64,000 nucleotides of DNA from positions 160,001 to 224,000 of the forward strand of contig CAVSLV010000001.1 of assembly GCA_963728915.1 (NCBI GenBank). The letters are read 5' to 3'. Made by a program: the position numbers and the translations under genes. The stretch is from an uncultured Gemmatimonadales bacterium. GTDB lineage: Bacteria > Gemmatimonadota > Gemmatimonadetes > Gemmatimonadales > GWC2-71-9. Below the pieces are notes generated by a model, which saw only the letters and a list, made by a program, of their open reading frames with translations, was not told the origin of the DNA and ran no database searches. Positions 38,894-51,368 of this stretch are shown one piece after another; position 1 is the first letter of the stretch; each line of letters begins with the position of its first letter.

Positions 38894-39033
38894 ACCCTAA
38901 CACTCCTCGGCGAAAGTTCGCAACTGGGCATCGTTCAATCTCGAGGCGGTTCCCACAATGCCCCCCACCGATAGGGCGCCGAGGTGGGCGAAGAAACGCA
39001 GAACGCGGGCTCGGGCGCGCTGGCCGGTCGGGG

Positions 39034-39049
39034 TGATACATTCCATTCG
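39034..39049 (+). promoter_or_regulatory. Extended -10 (TGnTACATT) 7 nt before rpiB ATG; leaderless-type start
   Basis: gggTGaTACATTccattcgATG with no SD sequence. Confidence 0.55.
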
Positions 39050-39490
39050 ATGCCTGAGACCATCCCGATCGGCGCGGATCACGCCGGGTACGACCTGAAA
39101 GAGCGGCTCATCAAGGAGCTGGCCTCGATGGGCTACCAGCCCCTCGATCTGGGGACCACCTCGACCGCCTCGACCGACTATCCGATCTATGCCCACAAGG
39201 TGGCCGAGCGGGTGGCCAAGGGGGAGAACGCCCGCGGGATCCTGCTGTGCGGCACTGGGCTGGGAATGAGCTACACGGCGAATCGCTATCATGGAGTCCG
39301 GGCCGCGGTGGCCTGGTCCCCGGAAATCGCCCACCTCGCCCGCTCCCATGGGAACTCCAACGTGCTCGTGCTTCCCGCGCGGTTCCTCGATCCCGACACC
39401 GGCGTGGCCATCATGAAGGAATGGTTGAACACTCCCTTCGAAGGCGGCCGGCACGCCCGGCGGATCGCCGAGATCGAGGAAACTCCGTGA
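39050..39490 (+). CDS. rpiB: Ribose-5-phosphate isomerase B
   Basis: [44 protein letters not shown]. Confidence 0.95.
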   Translation: MPETIPIGADHAGYDLKERLIKELASMGYQPLDLGTTSTASTDYPIYAHKVAERVAKGENARGILLCGTGLGMSYTANRYHGVRAAVAWSPEIAHLARSHGNSNVLVLPARFLDPDTGVAIMKEWLNTPFEGGRHARRIAEIEETP

Positions 39491-40764
39491 CCGATCACAA
39501 CGCCCCGCTCCGCGCGGTCGATCCCGATATCGCCCAGCTGGTGGATCGCGAGCTGATTCGCCAGCGGGAAGGGCTCGAGCTGATCGCCAGCGAAAACTTC
39601 GCCTCCCGCGCGGTCATCGACGCGATGGGGACCCCGCTCACCAACAAGTACGCCGAGGGGTATCCCGGCCGTCGCTACTACGGGGGATGCCAGGTGGTGG
39701 ACGAGGTCGAGCGTCTCTGCATCGATCGGTGCAAGGGCATCTTCCAGGCCCAGCACGCGAACGTGCAGCCCCACGCCGGAGCCCAGGCCAATTTCGCCGC
39801 GTTCATGGCGGTCGCTCCCCCGGGCGAGCTGATTCTCGCCATGTCGCTCCCCCATGGAGGCCACCTCTCTCACGGGCATTCGGTCAATCACAGCGGGGTG
39901 ATCTGGCGCGCCGAGCACTACGGGGTGAACCCCGCCACCGGGATCATCGACTACGACCAGGTCCGGGAGCTGGCCCGGCGTCATCGTCCCAAGTTGATCG
40001 TGGCGGGGGGGAGCGCCTACGCCCGGATCATCGATTTCGCCGCGTTCCGGACTATTGCCGATGAAGTCGGGGCCATCTTCCTGGTCGACATGGCGCATTT
40101 CGCGGGGCTGGTGGCCGGTGGCGTCTACCCCTCGCCGGTGCCCCATGCCCACGTGGTGACCTCGACTACCCACAAGACTCTGCGGGGTCCGCGAGGTGGC
40201 ATCATCCTCTCCGGAACCGAGCTCGCCAAGGCCATTGATAAGTCGGTCTTCCCGGGGACCCAGGGCGGGCCCCTGATGCACATCATCGCCGCCAAGGCTG
40301 TGGCCTTCGCCGAGGCCGCGACCGAAGAGTTCAAGCGCTACTGTCGCCGTACCGTCGCCAACGCCAAGCGGCTCGCGGAGGCCATGATCGAGCGGGGCTT
40401 CCCCATCGTTTCGGGCGGGACCGACAGCCATCTGATGCTGGTGGACCTGCGGCCCAAGGGGCTCACTGGAAAGATCGCCGAGGAGCTGCTGGTCCGGGCC
40501 AGCATCACTGTGAACAAGAACACCGTTCCCGACGATCCCCAGTCGCCGTTCGTGACCAGTGGCATCCGCCTGGGAACGCCGGCCCTCACGACGCGGGGGA
40601 TGGGGCTCGACGAAATGACCCGGGTCGCCGAGCTGATCGATGAGGTATTGAGCCGCCGGGACGAGGCGACCATCGAACGGGTGCGCAATGAAGTCGAGGA
40701 GCTGGCCTCCGGATTCCCCCTGTATGACCGGGTTTCCGTCCGGGCGCTGGCGGGGGCTCGGTGA
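39487..40764 (+). CDS. glyA: Serine hydroxymethyltransferase
   Basis: [80 protein letters not shown] 39487 overlaps rpiB stop. Confidence 0.97.
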   Translation: MTDHNAPLRAVDPDIAQLVDRELIRQREGLELIASENFASRAVIDAMGTPLTNKYAEGYPGRRYYGGCQVVDEVERLCIDRCKGIFQAQHANVQPHAGAQANFAAFMAVAPPGELILAMSLPHGGHLSHGHSVNHSGVIWRAEHYGVNPATGIIDYDQVRELARRHRPKLIVAGGSAYARIIDFAAFRTIADEVGAIFLVDMAHFAGLVAGGVYPSPVPHAHVVTSTTHKTLRGPRGGIILSGTELAKAIDKSVFPGTQGGPLMHIIAAKAVAFAEAATEEFKRYCRRTVANAKRLAEAMIERGFPIVSGGTDSHLMLVDLRPKGLTGKIAEELLVRASITVNKNTVPDDPQSPFVTSGIRLGTPALTTRGMGLDEMTRVAELIDEVLSRRDEATIERVRNEVEELASGFPLYDRVSVRALAGAR

Positions 40765-41147
40765 ACGAGGTGACCCTCGCTCCGGATGTGGTGGCCCGGC
40801 TCCAGCAGAGCGGGGCGCCCTTCGATGAGCGGGCCTTTCTGTTCGTGCTGGCCGGACTGGAATACCTCCAGACCAGGCTGCCAGAGCGCCGGCACGTGAG
40901 CGGCGCGGAAGTGACTCATGCCTGCCGGGATCTGGCCCTGGAGCAATATGGGCTGCTCGCCCGCGAGGTCCTGGAGCACTGGGGCATCCGGGAGACGGCG
41001 GATTTCGGCCGGATCGTTTATGCGTTGGTGGACGTGGGCCTGCTCGTCACCCAGGCTGGAGATCGAATCGAGGATTTCCAGGAGGTGTACTCTTTCGAGC
41101 GCGCCTTCGAAGAGGGCTACGTGTGGGGGCGGGCGCTGGGCGGTTGA
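40761..41147 (+). CDS. Minf_1886-family conserved hypothetical protein
   Basis: AFLFVL.GL, RRHVSG.E, LA.EQYGLLA..VLEHWGI..T.DFG.IVY.LV, D..EDF..VYSF. Confidence 0.8.
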   Translation: MNEVTLAPDVVARLQQSGAPFDERAFLFVLAGLEYLQTRLPERRHVSGAEVTHACRDLALEQYGLLAREVLEHWGIRETADFGRIVYALVDVGLLVTQAGDRIEDFQEVYSFERAFEEGYVWGRALGG

Positions 41148-41180
41148 CGGCCGATCCGCCGCTCGGGAGGGGAAGGCGAG

Positions 41181-41378
41181 ATGACGAATCCGGTCGAATG
41201 GCCTCGATGCCAGAAGTGCTCGAATGGAACCCTGATTCCGCTGTCGGATTATGGCCGGGATGGAGCGCCAATCACCTACAAGGCGTGGGCCTGTACCAAC
41301 CCGGAGTGCGGGTTCAATCTGCGGATCGACAATGGTGAGATCAGCTTCGGGCGCGCGATAGGGCAGAGTCAGAAATAG
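41181..41378 (+). CDS. Small zinc-ribbon protein
   Basis: CQKC...LIPLSDYG...YKAWACTNPECG; purine-rich SD upstream. Confidence 0.75.
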   Translation: MTNPVEWPRCQKCSNGTLIPLSDYGRDGAPITYKAWACTNPECGFNLRIDNGEISFGRAIGQSQK

Positions 41379-41525
41379 GCGGACCGGCGGATAGAGGGGG
41401 TGTATTGAGAGCATCTTTCCGTGTTCGTAGACAGATCTCCCGGTCCACCTCCACGTCCGCCCATCCGCCCATCCGCCTGTCCGCTCTCCACGCGTCCGCC
41501 TGCCCGCCAGTCCGCCTGCCCGCCT
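41378..41525. repeat. Inverted 8-bp arrays (GGCGGAYM x2 ... RYCCGCCN x8) around a ~60-bp lower-GC spacer
   Basis: Left GGCGGACC GGCGGATA (41378-41393); right GTCCGCCC ATCCGCCC ATCCGCCT GTCCGCTC .. GTCCGCCT GCCCGCCA GTCCGCCT GCCCGCCT (41455-41525). Confidence 0.8.
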
Positions 41526-41528
41526 GAC

Positions 41529-43082
41529 ATGCTCCCCGTCCTTTCCCCTTCCCAATCCCGCGCGTGGGATGAGCGCGCCCAGTCGGGAGGCATGCCCGTC
41601 CGTGCGCTCATGGAATCCGCCGGCCGGGGCGCCGTGGGGGTGCTCGCCGCGCGGTTTCCCGAGCGGCTCCGCACTGGGGTCGTGGTGGTCACCGGTCCCG
41701 GCAACAACGGGGGCGACGGATGGGTGGTGGCCCGGGCGCTCCATGCCGCCGGGGTCCCGGTCTGGGTCGCGTCGGCGGCGGCCCCGCAGGGTGAGCTGCC
41801 CCTGGCGGTAGCCCAGGCGGCGCGCGAAACCGGAGTCCGGGAGGTGGCGCCCGACGGGCCGTGGCCTAACCCGGGACTCCTGGTCGACGCCCTCCTCGGT
41901 ACCGGGGCTCGCGGCGCTCCGCGGGGGCCGGTGGCGGCCTCCCTCGCGCGGATCGCCGACCTCGCCATGCCGGTGGTGGCGCTCGACGGGCCGAGCGGTC
42001 TCGATCTGGAGACCGGGGTCCAGCATGGCCCGCTCCGCGCCACCCTCACGATCACCTTCGGCGGCTATCGTCGCGGCCATCTGCTGGCGCGGGACGACGT
42101 CGGAGACCTCGTGGTGCTGGATATCGGGCTCCCGCCGGGGGATTCGGGGTGGCCCGTCCTGGTGACCGAATCCGATCTGGCCGGCGCGGTGGTGCCGTTC
42201 GCCGCCGCGGTCCACAAGGGGCAGCGGGGCCGGATCGTGATCGTGGGAGGCGACGAGGGCATGACCGGCGCGGCCCGGCTCGCCGCCCGCGCCGCGTTTG
42301 CGGCGGGCGCCGGTCTGGTGCACGTCGTGGCGCCGGCCGGATCGGTCGCCATCCTGGCGACCGGGGAACCCGACCTCCAGACCACCGCCCAGCCGTTCGA
42401 GGCCAGGCCTAACCCGCGGACCGTCCGGCTGCTGGGCGGGGCCGACGCCGCGGTGATCGGCCCCGGGTTAGGGCGGAGCGCGTCCCGGCCCGAGTTCATC
42501 GAGGCGGTGATCGAGGCGCTCCCCGGGCCCGCCCCGATCCTGCTCGACGCCGACGGCCTGTTCGTCTTCGCCGGCCAGACCGATCGGCTGCGCGACGCCC
42601 TGCGGGGCCGCACCGCCATTCTCACCCCCCACGCCGGCGAATTCCGCGCCCTCTTCCCCGACCTGGCGAGCCACCTCACCGTGGACCCCTGGGGCGCCGC
42701 GCAGGCCGCGTCGGAGCGGCTCGGTGTGGTCCTGCTCCTCAAGGGGGTCCCCACCGTCGTCGCCACCGCCGGCCGACTGCTGACGGTCGCGGGAGGGAAT
42801 CCCGGGCTCGCGACCGGCGGGAGCGGGGATACCCTGAGTGGACTCACCGCCACGCTCGCGGGGCAGGGCATCGAACCGGCCCTCTCGGCTGCGGCCGCGT
42901 CGTTCATCGCGGGCGAAGCGGCCGACATCGCGGCCCGGCGAGTGACCGCGAGGTCCATGCGGCCGATGGATGTCCTGGCCGCGCTTCCCGATGTGTGGCG
43001 GCGGCTCGACCTGGTGCGCCGGATGCCGCCGCCGCCCCGGTTGCCGATCCTGCACGAGCTTCCCGCGCCGATCCGGGTGTAG
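41529..43082 (+). CDS. nnr: Bifunctional NAD(P)H-hydrate epimerase/dehydratase
   Basis: LMESAG, GPGNNGGDG.V.AR, VDALLGTG, D.PSG, HKGQRG, IGPGLG, LDADGL, LTPHAGEF, LATGGSGDTLSG. Confidence 0.93.
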   Translation: MLPVLSPSQSRAWDERAQSGGMPVRALMESAGRGAVGVLAARFPERLRTGVVVVTGPGNNGGDGWVVARALHAAGVPVWVASAAAPQGELPLAVAQAARETGVREVAPDGPWPNPGLLVDALLGTGARGAPRGPVAASLARIADLAMPVVALDGPSGLDLETGVQHGPLRATLTITFGGYRRGHLLARDDVGDLVVLDIGLPPGDSGWPVLVTESDLAGAVVPFAAAVHKGQRGRIVIVGGDEGMTGAARLAARAAFAAGAGLVHVVAPAGSVAILATGEPDLQTTAQPFEARPNPRTVRLLGGADAAVIGPGLGRSASRPEFIEAVIEALPGPAPILLDADGLFVFAGQTDRLRDALRGRTAILTPHAGEFRALFPDLASHLTVDPWGAAQAASERLGVVLLLKGVPTVVATAGRLLTVAGGNPGLATGGSGDTLSGLTATLAGQGIEPALSAAAASFIAGEAADIAARRVTARSMRPMDVLAALPDVWRRLDLVRRMPPPPRLPILHELPAPIRV

Positions 43083-43085
43083 TCG

Positions 43086-44039
43086 ATGAGCCTGACCGCG
43101 CTGGGGAAGGGAGCCGAGTTCGACCGGATTCGCGCCATCGCCAGGGCGCTGGGCGAGCGGGCCCCCCAATTGGGAAGCGACTGCGCCTTCCTGGAGATCA
43201 GCGGCTCCACGCTGGCCCTGACCACCGATGTCAGCGTCGAAGGGGTGCATTTTCGACGGGAGTGGCTCACCCTGGAGGAAATCGGCTGGCGAGCGGTCGC
43301 CGCATCGCTCTCCGATCTCGCGGCCGCAGCCGCGGAGCCTCTGGGGGTTCTGGTGGCCCTTACCATGCCGGCGGGAGAGCCGGAATCCAGCTTCTCGCGA
43401 ATCATGTCCGGCGCGGGTGACGCCGTCGCGTCGGTTGGCGCATCCGTGCTGGGCGGCGACCTCTCCCGAGGCCCTTCCGTCGCTGTTGCCGTTACCGCGG
43501 TCGGGAAGGCAGCCCACCCGATGCGACGGAGGGGCGCCCGGCCTGGCGATGGCCTCTGGGTAACCGGTGAGCTCGGAGGCGCCCGCGCCGCGCTCAAGGC
43601 CTGGGAGCGCGGAGAAGAGCCCGATCCCTCGGCACGAACCCGCTTCGCCCGGCCGGAGCCGCGAATCACCGCAGGGCAATGGCTGGCGTCCTGCGGGGCC
43701 ACCGCGATGATGGACCTGAGCGATGGCCTCGCAGGGGACGCGGGGCACCTTGCCGCAGCCTCCGGAGTCTCCCTCGTCATCGATCTCGGCCTGGTTCCCC
43801 GGCATCCGGCGGTGGATCCGGAAGCCGAACGTGCCGGAGAACCGGCGGCCTCCTTCGCGGCCCAAGGCGGAGAAGACTACGAGCTGCTGGTCGCACTCCC
43901 GGTGGATCCACCCGACGTGTCGTCCGCGCCGGTCCGACTCACCCGGATTGGGAGAGTGGAGAAGGGAGCGCCGGGTCGGGTGATTCTCGAGATCGGAGGA
44001 TCACCCCTCGCCCTCACCAGTTACGATCACTTCGCATGA
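43086..44039 (+). CDS. thiL: Thiamine-monophosphate kinase
   Basis: EFDRI, G.DCA, TTD..VEGVHF, SLSDLAA, GGDLS, GARPGD.LWVTG.LG, MDLSDGL, GGEDYELL. Confidence 0.93.
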   Translation: MSLTALGKGAEFDRIRAIARALGERAPQLGSDCAFLEISGSTLALTTDVSVEGVHFRREWLTLEEIGWRAVAASLSDLAAAAAEPLGVLVALTMPAGEPESSFSRIMSGAGDAVASVGASVLGGDLSRGPSVAVAVTAVGKAAHPMRRRGARPGDGLWVTGELGGARAALKAWERGEEPDPSARTRFARPEPRITAGQWLASCGATAMMDLSDGLAGDAGHLAAASGVSLVIDLGLVPRHPAVDPEAERAGEPAASFAAQGGEDYELLVALPVDPPDVSSAPVRLTRIGRVEKGAPGRVILEIGGSPLALTSYDHFA

Positions 44040-44743
44040 TCGGATTCCTGCGCTACGCCCTCGGCTGGATCGTGTTCATGGGGTGGTGGGGCTCCGGAGT
44101 CGTGCTCTCGGCGCTGTTCGGAGTACGGTATCGGCCCGGCAATATCTACGATCGATCGGGCCGGGAATGGGGGAAGGGAATGCTCCGGTTCTGCCGGATC
44201 GCGGTCCGGGTCGAGCATCGCGAGCGGATTCCGGAAGGACCGGTCGTCTTCGTTTCCAATCATGCCTCGCAGATCGACATCTGGGCCCTGCTGGCCGAGC
44301 TGCCCGGCTCGGTGCGATTCGTGTACAAGAAAGGGATGGACTGGATCCCCCTGATGGGGTTGGCGATGCGGCGAGCCCGGCACATCCCGATCAAGCGTCA
44401 GATCAAGTCGCAGGCGTTCTCCGCGTACGACGACGCGGCGAAGCTGATTCAGGGCGGGATCTCCGCCGTCGTCTTTGCCGAGGGCACCCGTTCGCGGGAT
44501 GGGAGGCTGCAACCCTTCAAGCGAGGGCCTTTCGTGCTGGCGATCGCCGCGCAGGCGCCGGTGGTGCCGGTCTTCTGTGAGAATACCTTCGCCCTGATGC
44601 CGAAGGGCAATTTCAGCCCGAAGCCCGGCGCCATCACCATACACATCGGGCACCCCATTCCTACCGAGGGGATGACCCACGAAGATCGCGCCGGTCTGGC
44701 CGAGCAGACCCGGGCGCAACTCATTACAATGGGAGCGACATGA
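44036..44743 (+). CDS. plsC: 1-acyl-sn-glycerol-3-phosphate acyltransferase
   Basis: VSNHASQID (HxxxxD), FAEGTRS, PFKRG, IGHPI. Confidence 0.88.
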   Translation: MIGFLRYALGWIVFMGWWGSGVVLSALFGVRYRPGNIYDRSGREWGKGMLRFCRIAVRVEHRERIPEGPVVFVSNHASQIDIWALLAELPGSVRFVYKKGMDWIPLMGLAMRRARHIPIKRQIKSQAFSAYDDAAKLIQGGISAVVFAEGTRSRDGRLQPFKRGPFVLAIAAQAPVVPVFCENTFALMPKGNFSPKPGAITIHIGHPIPTEGMTHEDRAGLAEQTRAQLITMGAT

Positions 44744-44769
44744 ACCGAACCATCCTCACTCCGGGTTAG

Positions 44770-46337
<1,568 letters not shown>

Positions 46338-48735
46338 GGGTCGGTCCCGCCAGCGCCAGCCCTCCGCCGGGACAGCCCGGCATCGAACCTCGCTGGACCT
46401 CGAGCGCCAAAAGCGGAGTGGGAACGGCGGTCGGCGCGCAGAGCCGCGTCTGGTTCACCCTCTCCCACGGAATCGTGAATGAGGTGTACTACCCCCGCGT
46501 CGATCAGGCCAACACGCGGGATCTTGGTTTCCTCGTGACCGCCGCTGATGGCTTCGTCTCCGAAGAAAAGCGGCACGCCACCCATGCGGTCGAGCCGCTC
46601 CAGACCGGCGTCCCGGGTTACCGGCTCACCAATACCTGCAACCGGGGCCGGTACCGGACCCTCAAGCGGATCGTCACCGATCCGGCCCGTGATGTCCTGC
46701 TGCAGCAAGTTCACTTCGAGCCTCGGGGCGGGAAGCCGGACGAATTCCGCCTCTTCGTCCTCCTGGCCCCCCACCTCGGCAATCAGGGGTGGGGCAACCA
46801 CGGCTGGATCGGCGAATACAAAGGCCACCGGATGCTGTTCGCCGCCCGAGGAGCGACCGCCCTGGCACTCGCCTGCTCGGTTCCATTTGAGGTTGCGAGT
46901 TGTGGGTATGTCGGTGTCAGCGATGGCTGGCAGGACATCACCCGCTCCGGCCGCCTGGTCCAGACCTACCAGGATGCGCCGGACGGGAACGTCGCCCTGG
47001 CGGCTCAGATTGGAGCGGCCGGGCTGGCGAATGGGTTTGTTCTGGCGCTCGGCTTCGGCGGGACTTGGACCGAGGCGGGAGAACAGGCCCGCGCTTCGCT
47101 GATGGATCCGTACGAGGCCATCGAAGCAGAGTATGTCCGGGGGTGGAATCGGTATCAGGCCGGGTGCAAGCGGCCAGGCCCCGAGGAAGCCGGACTCGAC
47201 CTCTTCCGAGTCAGCACCGCCGTCATCGGGACCCATGAGGACAAGACCCATGCGGGCGCCATCATCGCGAGCCTCTCGGTTCCCTGGGGCGACGCACGGG
47301 GCGACCACGACCTGGGCGGATACCATCTGGTCTGGCCCCGCGACCTGGTGGAATCCGCCACCGCACTCTTCGCCATCGGACAGTGGGCGGCGGCGCGGCG
47401 AACCCTGACCTTTCTGGAGGCCACCCAGGAGTCGGACGGCCATTGGCCGCAGAACATGTGGCTGGACGGCGAGCCGTACTGGAGCGGGATCCAGCTGGAT
47501 GAAACGGGATTTCCGATTCTGCTTGCTGATTTGCTCCGCCGCCATGGGGCCCTCGGTGGCGGCGATCCCTGGCCGATGGTGCGGCGGGCCGCGGGCTATC
47601 TCGCGAGGGTAGGACCGGTAACCCCGCAGGATCGTTGGGAAGAAGATGCGGGATACTCGCCCTTCACCCTGGCGGTGACCGTCGCGGCCCTGCTCGCGGC
47701 CGCGGATTTCGCGGACAATGCCAACGAGCATACGCTGGCCGGGTATTTCCGCGACACCGCCGATGTCTGGAACGCGGGAATCGAGCGCTGGACCTACGTC
47801 ACGGGATCGGATGCTGCCACACACCTCGGCGTCGAAGGCTTTTACGCCCGGATCGCGCCGCCGGAGACCGCGGATGGCGAGTCCCCGATGAAGGGCTTCG
47901 TCCCGGTCAAGAACCGCCCGATGGATCACAGCCGGGCGGCGTATGGAGAGCTGGTCAGCACGGATGCTTTGGCCCTGGTGCGCTTCGGCCTCCGGCGAGC
48001 CGATGACCCGCGAATCCAGAATACTGTCCGGGTGATCGATTCATTGCTCTGCGCCGAAACCAGTACCGGCCCGGTCTGGCATCGGTACAACGGTGACGGA
48101 TACGGGGAGCACGGTGACGGGTCACCGTTCGACGGTACCGGCAGGGGCCGGGGTTGGCCCCTGCTTGCGGGGGAGCGGGGCCACTATGAGCTGGCAGCGG
48201 GGAACCCTTCCCGTGCCCGCGAATTGCTGAGGGTCATGGGGGCTCAGACGAGCCCGGGAGGATTCCTTCCGGAACAGGTTTGGGATGCCCCGGACATTCC
48301 CGAGCGAGAGCTGATCAACGGACAACCCTCCGGATCGGCCATGCCTTTGGTCTGGGCCCACGCGGAGTACATCAAGCTCACCTGCTCGCTGGCCGAGGGC
48401 CGGGTGTTCGACCTGCCGCCCCAAACGGTCCACCGGTACCTGGAGGCGCCGGCCCCGTGCCGCCTCGCCGTCTGGCGATTCAACAACAAGATCCGGAACA
48501 TGTCGCCAGGTCGCATCCTGCGCGTCGAGGTCCTGGCGCCGGCGGTTGTCCACTGGAGCGCCGACGACTGGCGGACGGTGGCCGATCTGCCGACCACCGA
48601 CACTGGTGTGGGCATCTATTTCGCCGATCTGCCTGCAAGCGCCCTGGAGTCGGACACCACGATCCGCTTCACCTTCCGTTGGCCTGAGGCCGACCGCTGG
48701 GAGGGTGCCGACTTTACAGTGGCGGTGGGAACTCG

Positions 48736-50852
48736 CTAGGCGGGCTCGCTGGCTGACGATGGAGCGCCCAGGCGGATCGGCAGCCGGCGCACCCGGGTTC
48801 CAGTAAGCGCAAAAATCGCGTTAGTCACGGCGGGAGCGATCGGCGGAAGAGCGGGCTCTCCCACACCCCCTGGCTCCTCCTCACTTGGCACCAGATGCAC
48901 CTCCACCACCGGCATCTCCGACATCCGGAGCAGGGGATAGTCGTGGAAGTTGCTCTGCTGCACTCTTCCGTTCGCGAGAGTGATCTCTCCGTGTAACGCG
49001 GCCGCGAGCCCACCCACGATGGAGCCCGCGATCTGTCCCTCCACGATGCCGGGGTGAATGACCCGGCCGCAATCCGCCGCGCAGGTGACCCGGTGGACCC
49101 GGACCCGGTTCCCTTCGACGGAAACCTCGGCCACATGGGCCATCATTCCTCCCCGGTCGTTGAGGAGAGCCACTCCACGGGCGCGTCCCGCCGGAGGAGG
49201 CCCACCCCATCCGCTCTTCTCCGCGACGAGCTCCAGCACCCGGCGCAATCTCGGTGATTCCGCGAGCAGCTCCATGCGGAATTCCACGGGATCGCGCTTG
49301 GCGAGATGGGCCAGCTCGTCCACGAAGCTCTCCATGATGAACGTGTTCTGGGAGGGACCGACCGAGCGCCAGTAACCGACCGGCACCGGAAGATCCGGTC
49401 GGCAATACTCGATCAGCAGGTTGGGAATTCGATAGTCGTGTTCCGCGATCCCGGCCACCGCCGGGCCGTCCACGCCGCTCCGGCTGGCGAAGGGCTGGGC
49501 CACGGCTCTGACGTGCAGTGCGAGCAGCTTGCCGTCGCCGTCGAGGGCTCCCGCGAAGCGATGGTACGCCGCAGGGCGATAGAAATCGTGCTGCATATCC
49601 TCTTCCCGGCTCCAGAGCATCTGCACCGGGGCGCCGACGGCCTTCGAGGTCTCCACCGCGTCCTCGATGAAATCGGTCGAGCTCTTCCGGCCCCAGCCGC
49701 ACCCGAGGAAGGTGACGTGGACCGTCACGGCGTCGATCGGGAGGCCGGTGAGGCGCGCCGCCGCACTCTGCGCGCCCTGGGGATTCTGGGTCGGGGCCCA
49801 GAGCTCGCAACGGTCGCCGCTCACGTGCGCGGTGCAATTCATCGGCTCCATCGTCGCGTGGGCGAGATAGGGCGCCTGGTACACCGCCTCGAGGCGGCGC
49901 CCCTCTCCCGCGCCGGCGATCACGCCGAGCGCATCGCCCCGCTTTTCCGCCTCGAATCCGGGCCGCTCGGCCAGGTCCGTGAAGCTCCGGAAGATCTCGT
50001 CGCTTCCCAGGCCAAACCCGCCATCGATCCATCGGACTTCGAGGGCCCGGGCCCCTTGAAATGCGGCCCAGGTCGTCTCGCCGACCACGGCGATTCCCTT
50101 GGAGATCTGGGCCACCTGGCGGACACCCGGTACGGCCTTCGCACGGGCAGCATCGAACGAGCCGACCCGGTCTCCGAATCGGGGCGGATGGACGACCGTG
50201 GCGAACAACATCCCGGGAATCCGGATGTCGGCCCCGAACTTTGCCGCGCCGGTCACCTTCATCGGATTGTCGACGATCTTCGCCCGGGTACCGATGAGCC
50301 GGAACTTCGCGGGATCCTTGAGAGCGGGACTGGCTGGGACGGGAAGGGCGGCCGCTGCGTCGGCGACTTCGCCATACTTGACCATCCGCTTCGTGGCGGG
50401 ATGGCGTGATTCGACCGCCGTCCGTCACGCACTCGGTGGGTTTCACGCCCCATCGGGCCGCGGCGGCGGCGACCAGCATCTCGCGCGCAGCCGCGCCGGC
50501 CTTGCGGAGCGGCATCCAGGCGCCGTTCCGCACACTCGAGCTTCCCACCGTCATCATCCGTCCGTAGGCAGTGGGATGGGCGTCGGCCTGCTCCACCCGC
50601 ACCCGGCTCCAATCGGCGTCGAGCTCTTCCGCGACGATCATCGGGAGGCCGGTGCGGACACCCTGGCCCATATCGGACTTGGCGCACCAGATGGTCACCA
50701 CGTCGTCCGGAGCGATCCGGACGAAGACGCTGGGTTGAAAGGTCTCGGCTTCTCCCGTCGAGCCTGCGCTCCTCTTCCAGGGGAGCTCGATGCCGATCAG
50801 GAGACCGCCGCCTGCGACGGCGCCGAACTTGAGGAAATCGTCGCCGTTCCAT
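48736..50852 (-). CDS. Isoquinoline 1-oxidoreductase beta-subunit-like molybdopterin protein (two +1 frameshifts at ~50841 and ~50404)
   Basis: Restored Tat start [87 protein letters not shown]. Confidence 0.85.
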
Positions 50853-51315
50853 CAGCGTTCCCTCCTTCGCGGCGGTGTGAATCGCGCGGCGGATCCGGTC
50901 ATAGGTGCCGCAGCGGCACAGGTTCCCGGACATCGCCGCATCGATATCCGCATCGGTGGGAGCGGAATGTCTGGCGAGCAGCGCCGAGGCGGACATGATC
51001 TGGCCCGACTGGCAGTACCCGCACTGGGGAACGCTCTCGGCGATCCAGGCGCGCTGAACCCGGTGGCTCGCATCGGGCGAGAGGCCTTCGATGGTGGTCA
51101 CCTCTCTCGGCGCCCACGGCTTCGAGCGGGGTCATGCAGGACCGGACCGCGTCACCGTCGAGATGCACGGTGCAGGCGCCGCACTGTCCGATCCCGCACC
51201 CATACTTGGTGCCGGTCAGGTTCAGCACGTCGCGGAGGACCCAGAGCAGCGGAGTGTTGGGGTCGGCCTCCACCTGCCGGGTGGCGCCGTTGACGCGGAG
51301 GGTTACCGAGGGCAT
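50852..51315 (-). CDS. (2Fe-2S) small subunit, IorA/CoxS-like (+1 frameshift at ~51108, probably another at ~50861)
   Basis: [35 protein letters not shown] then VTTIEGL...[12 protein letters not shown]...NLCRCGTY in the next frame; SD GAGGAGG. Confidence 0.88.
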
Positions 51316-51368
51316 CCTGGCCTCCTCGAAGCCGGTCCTCCCCACGCTAGCGCAGGACCCGCCCCGAT

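Noticed and set aside
38905..38984. Possible MITE (CCTCGGCG...CGCCGAGG inverted 8-mers between Uma2 and rpiB)
   Set aside because: Only 8 bp of GC-rich complementarity, no target duplication and no second copy
42465..42473. Telomere-like TTAGGG repeats
   Set aside because: Occurrences are single and dispersed, never tandem; treated as a dispersed motif instead
50259..51101. Natural fusion of the 2Fe-2S subunit to the molybdopterin subunit
   Set aside because: The TGATG overlap, SD-like AAGGAGG and a Tat-type start at 50852 indicate separate genes; apparent read-through arises from indels
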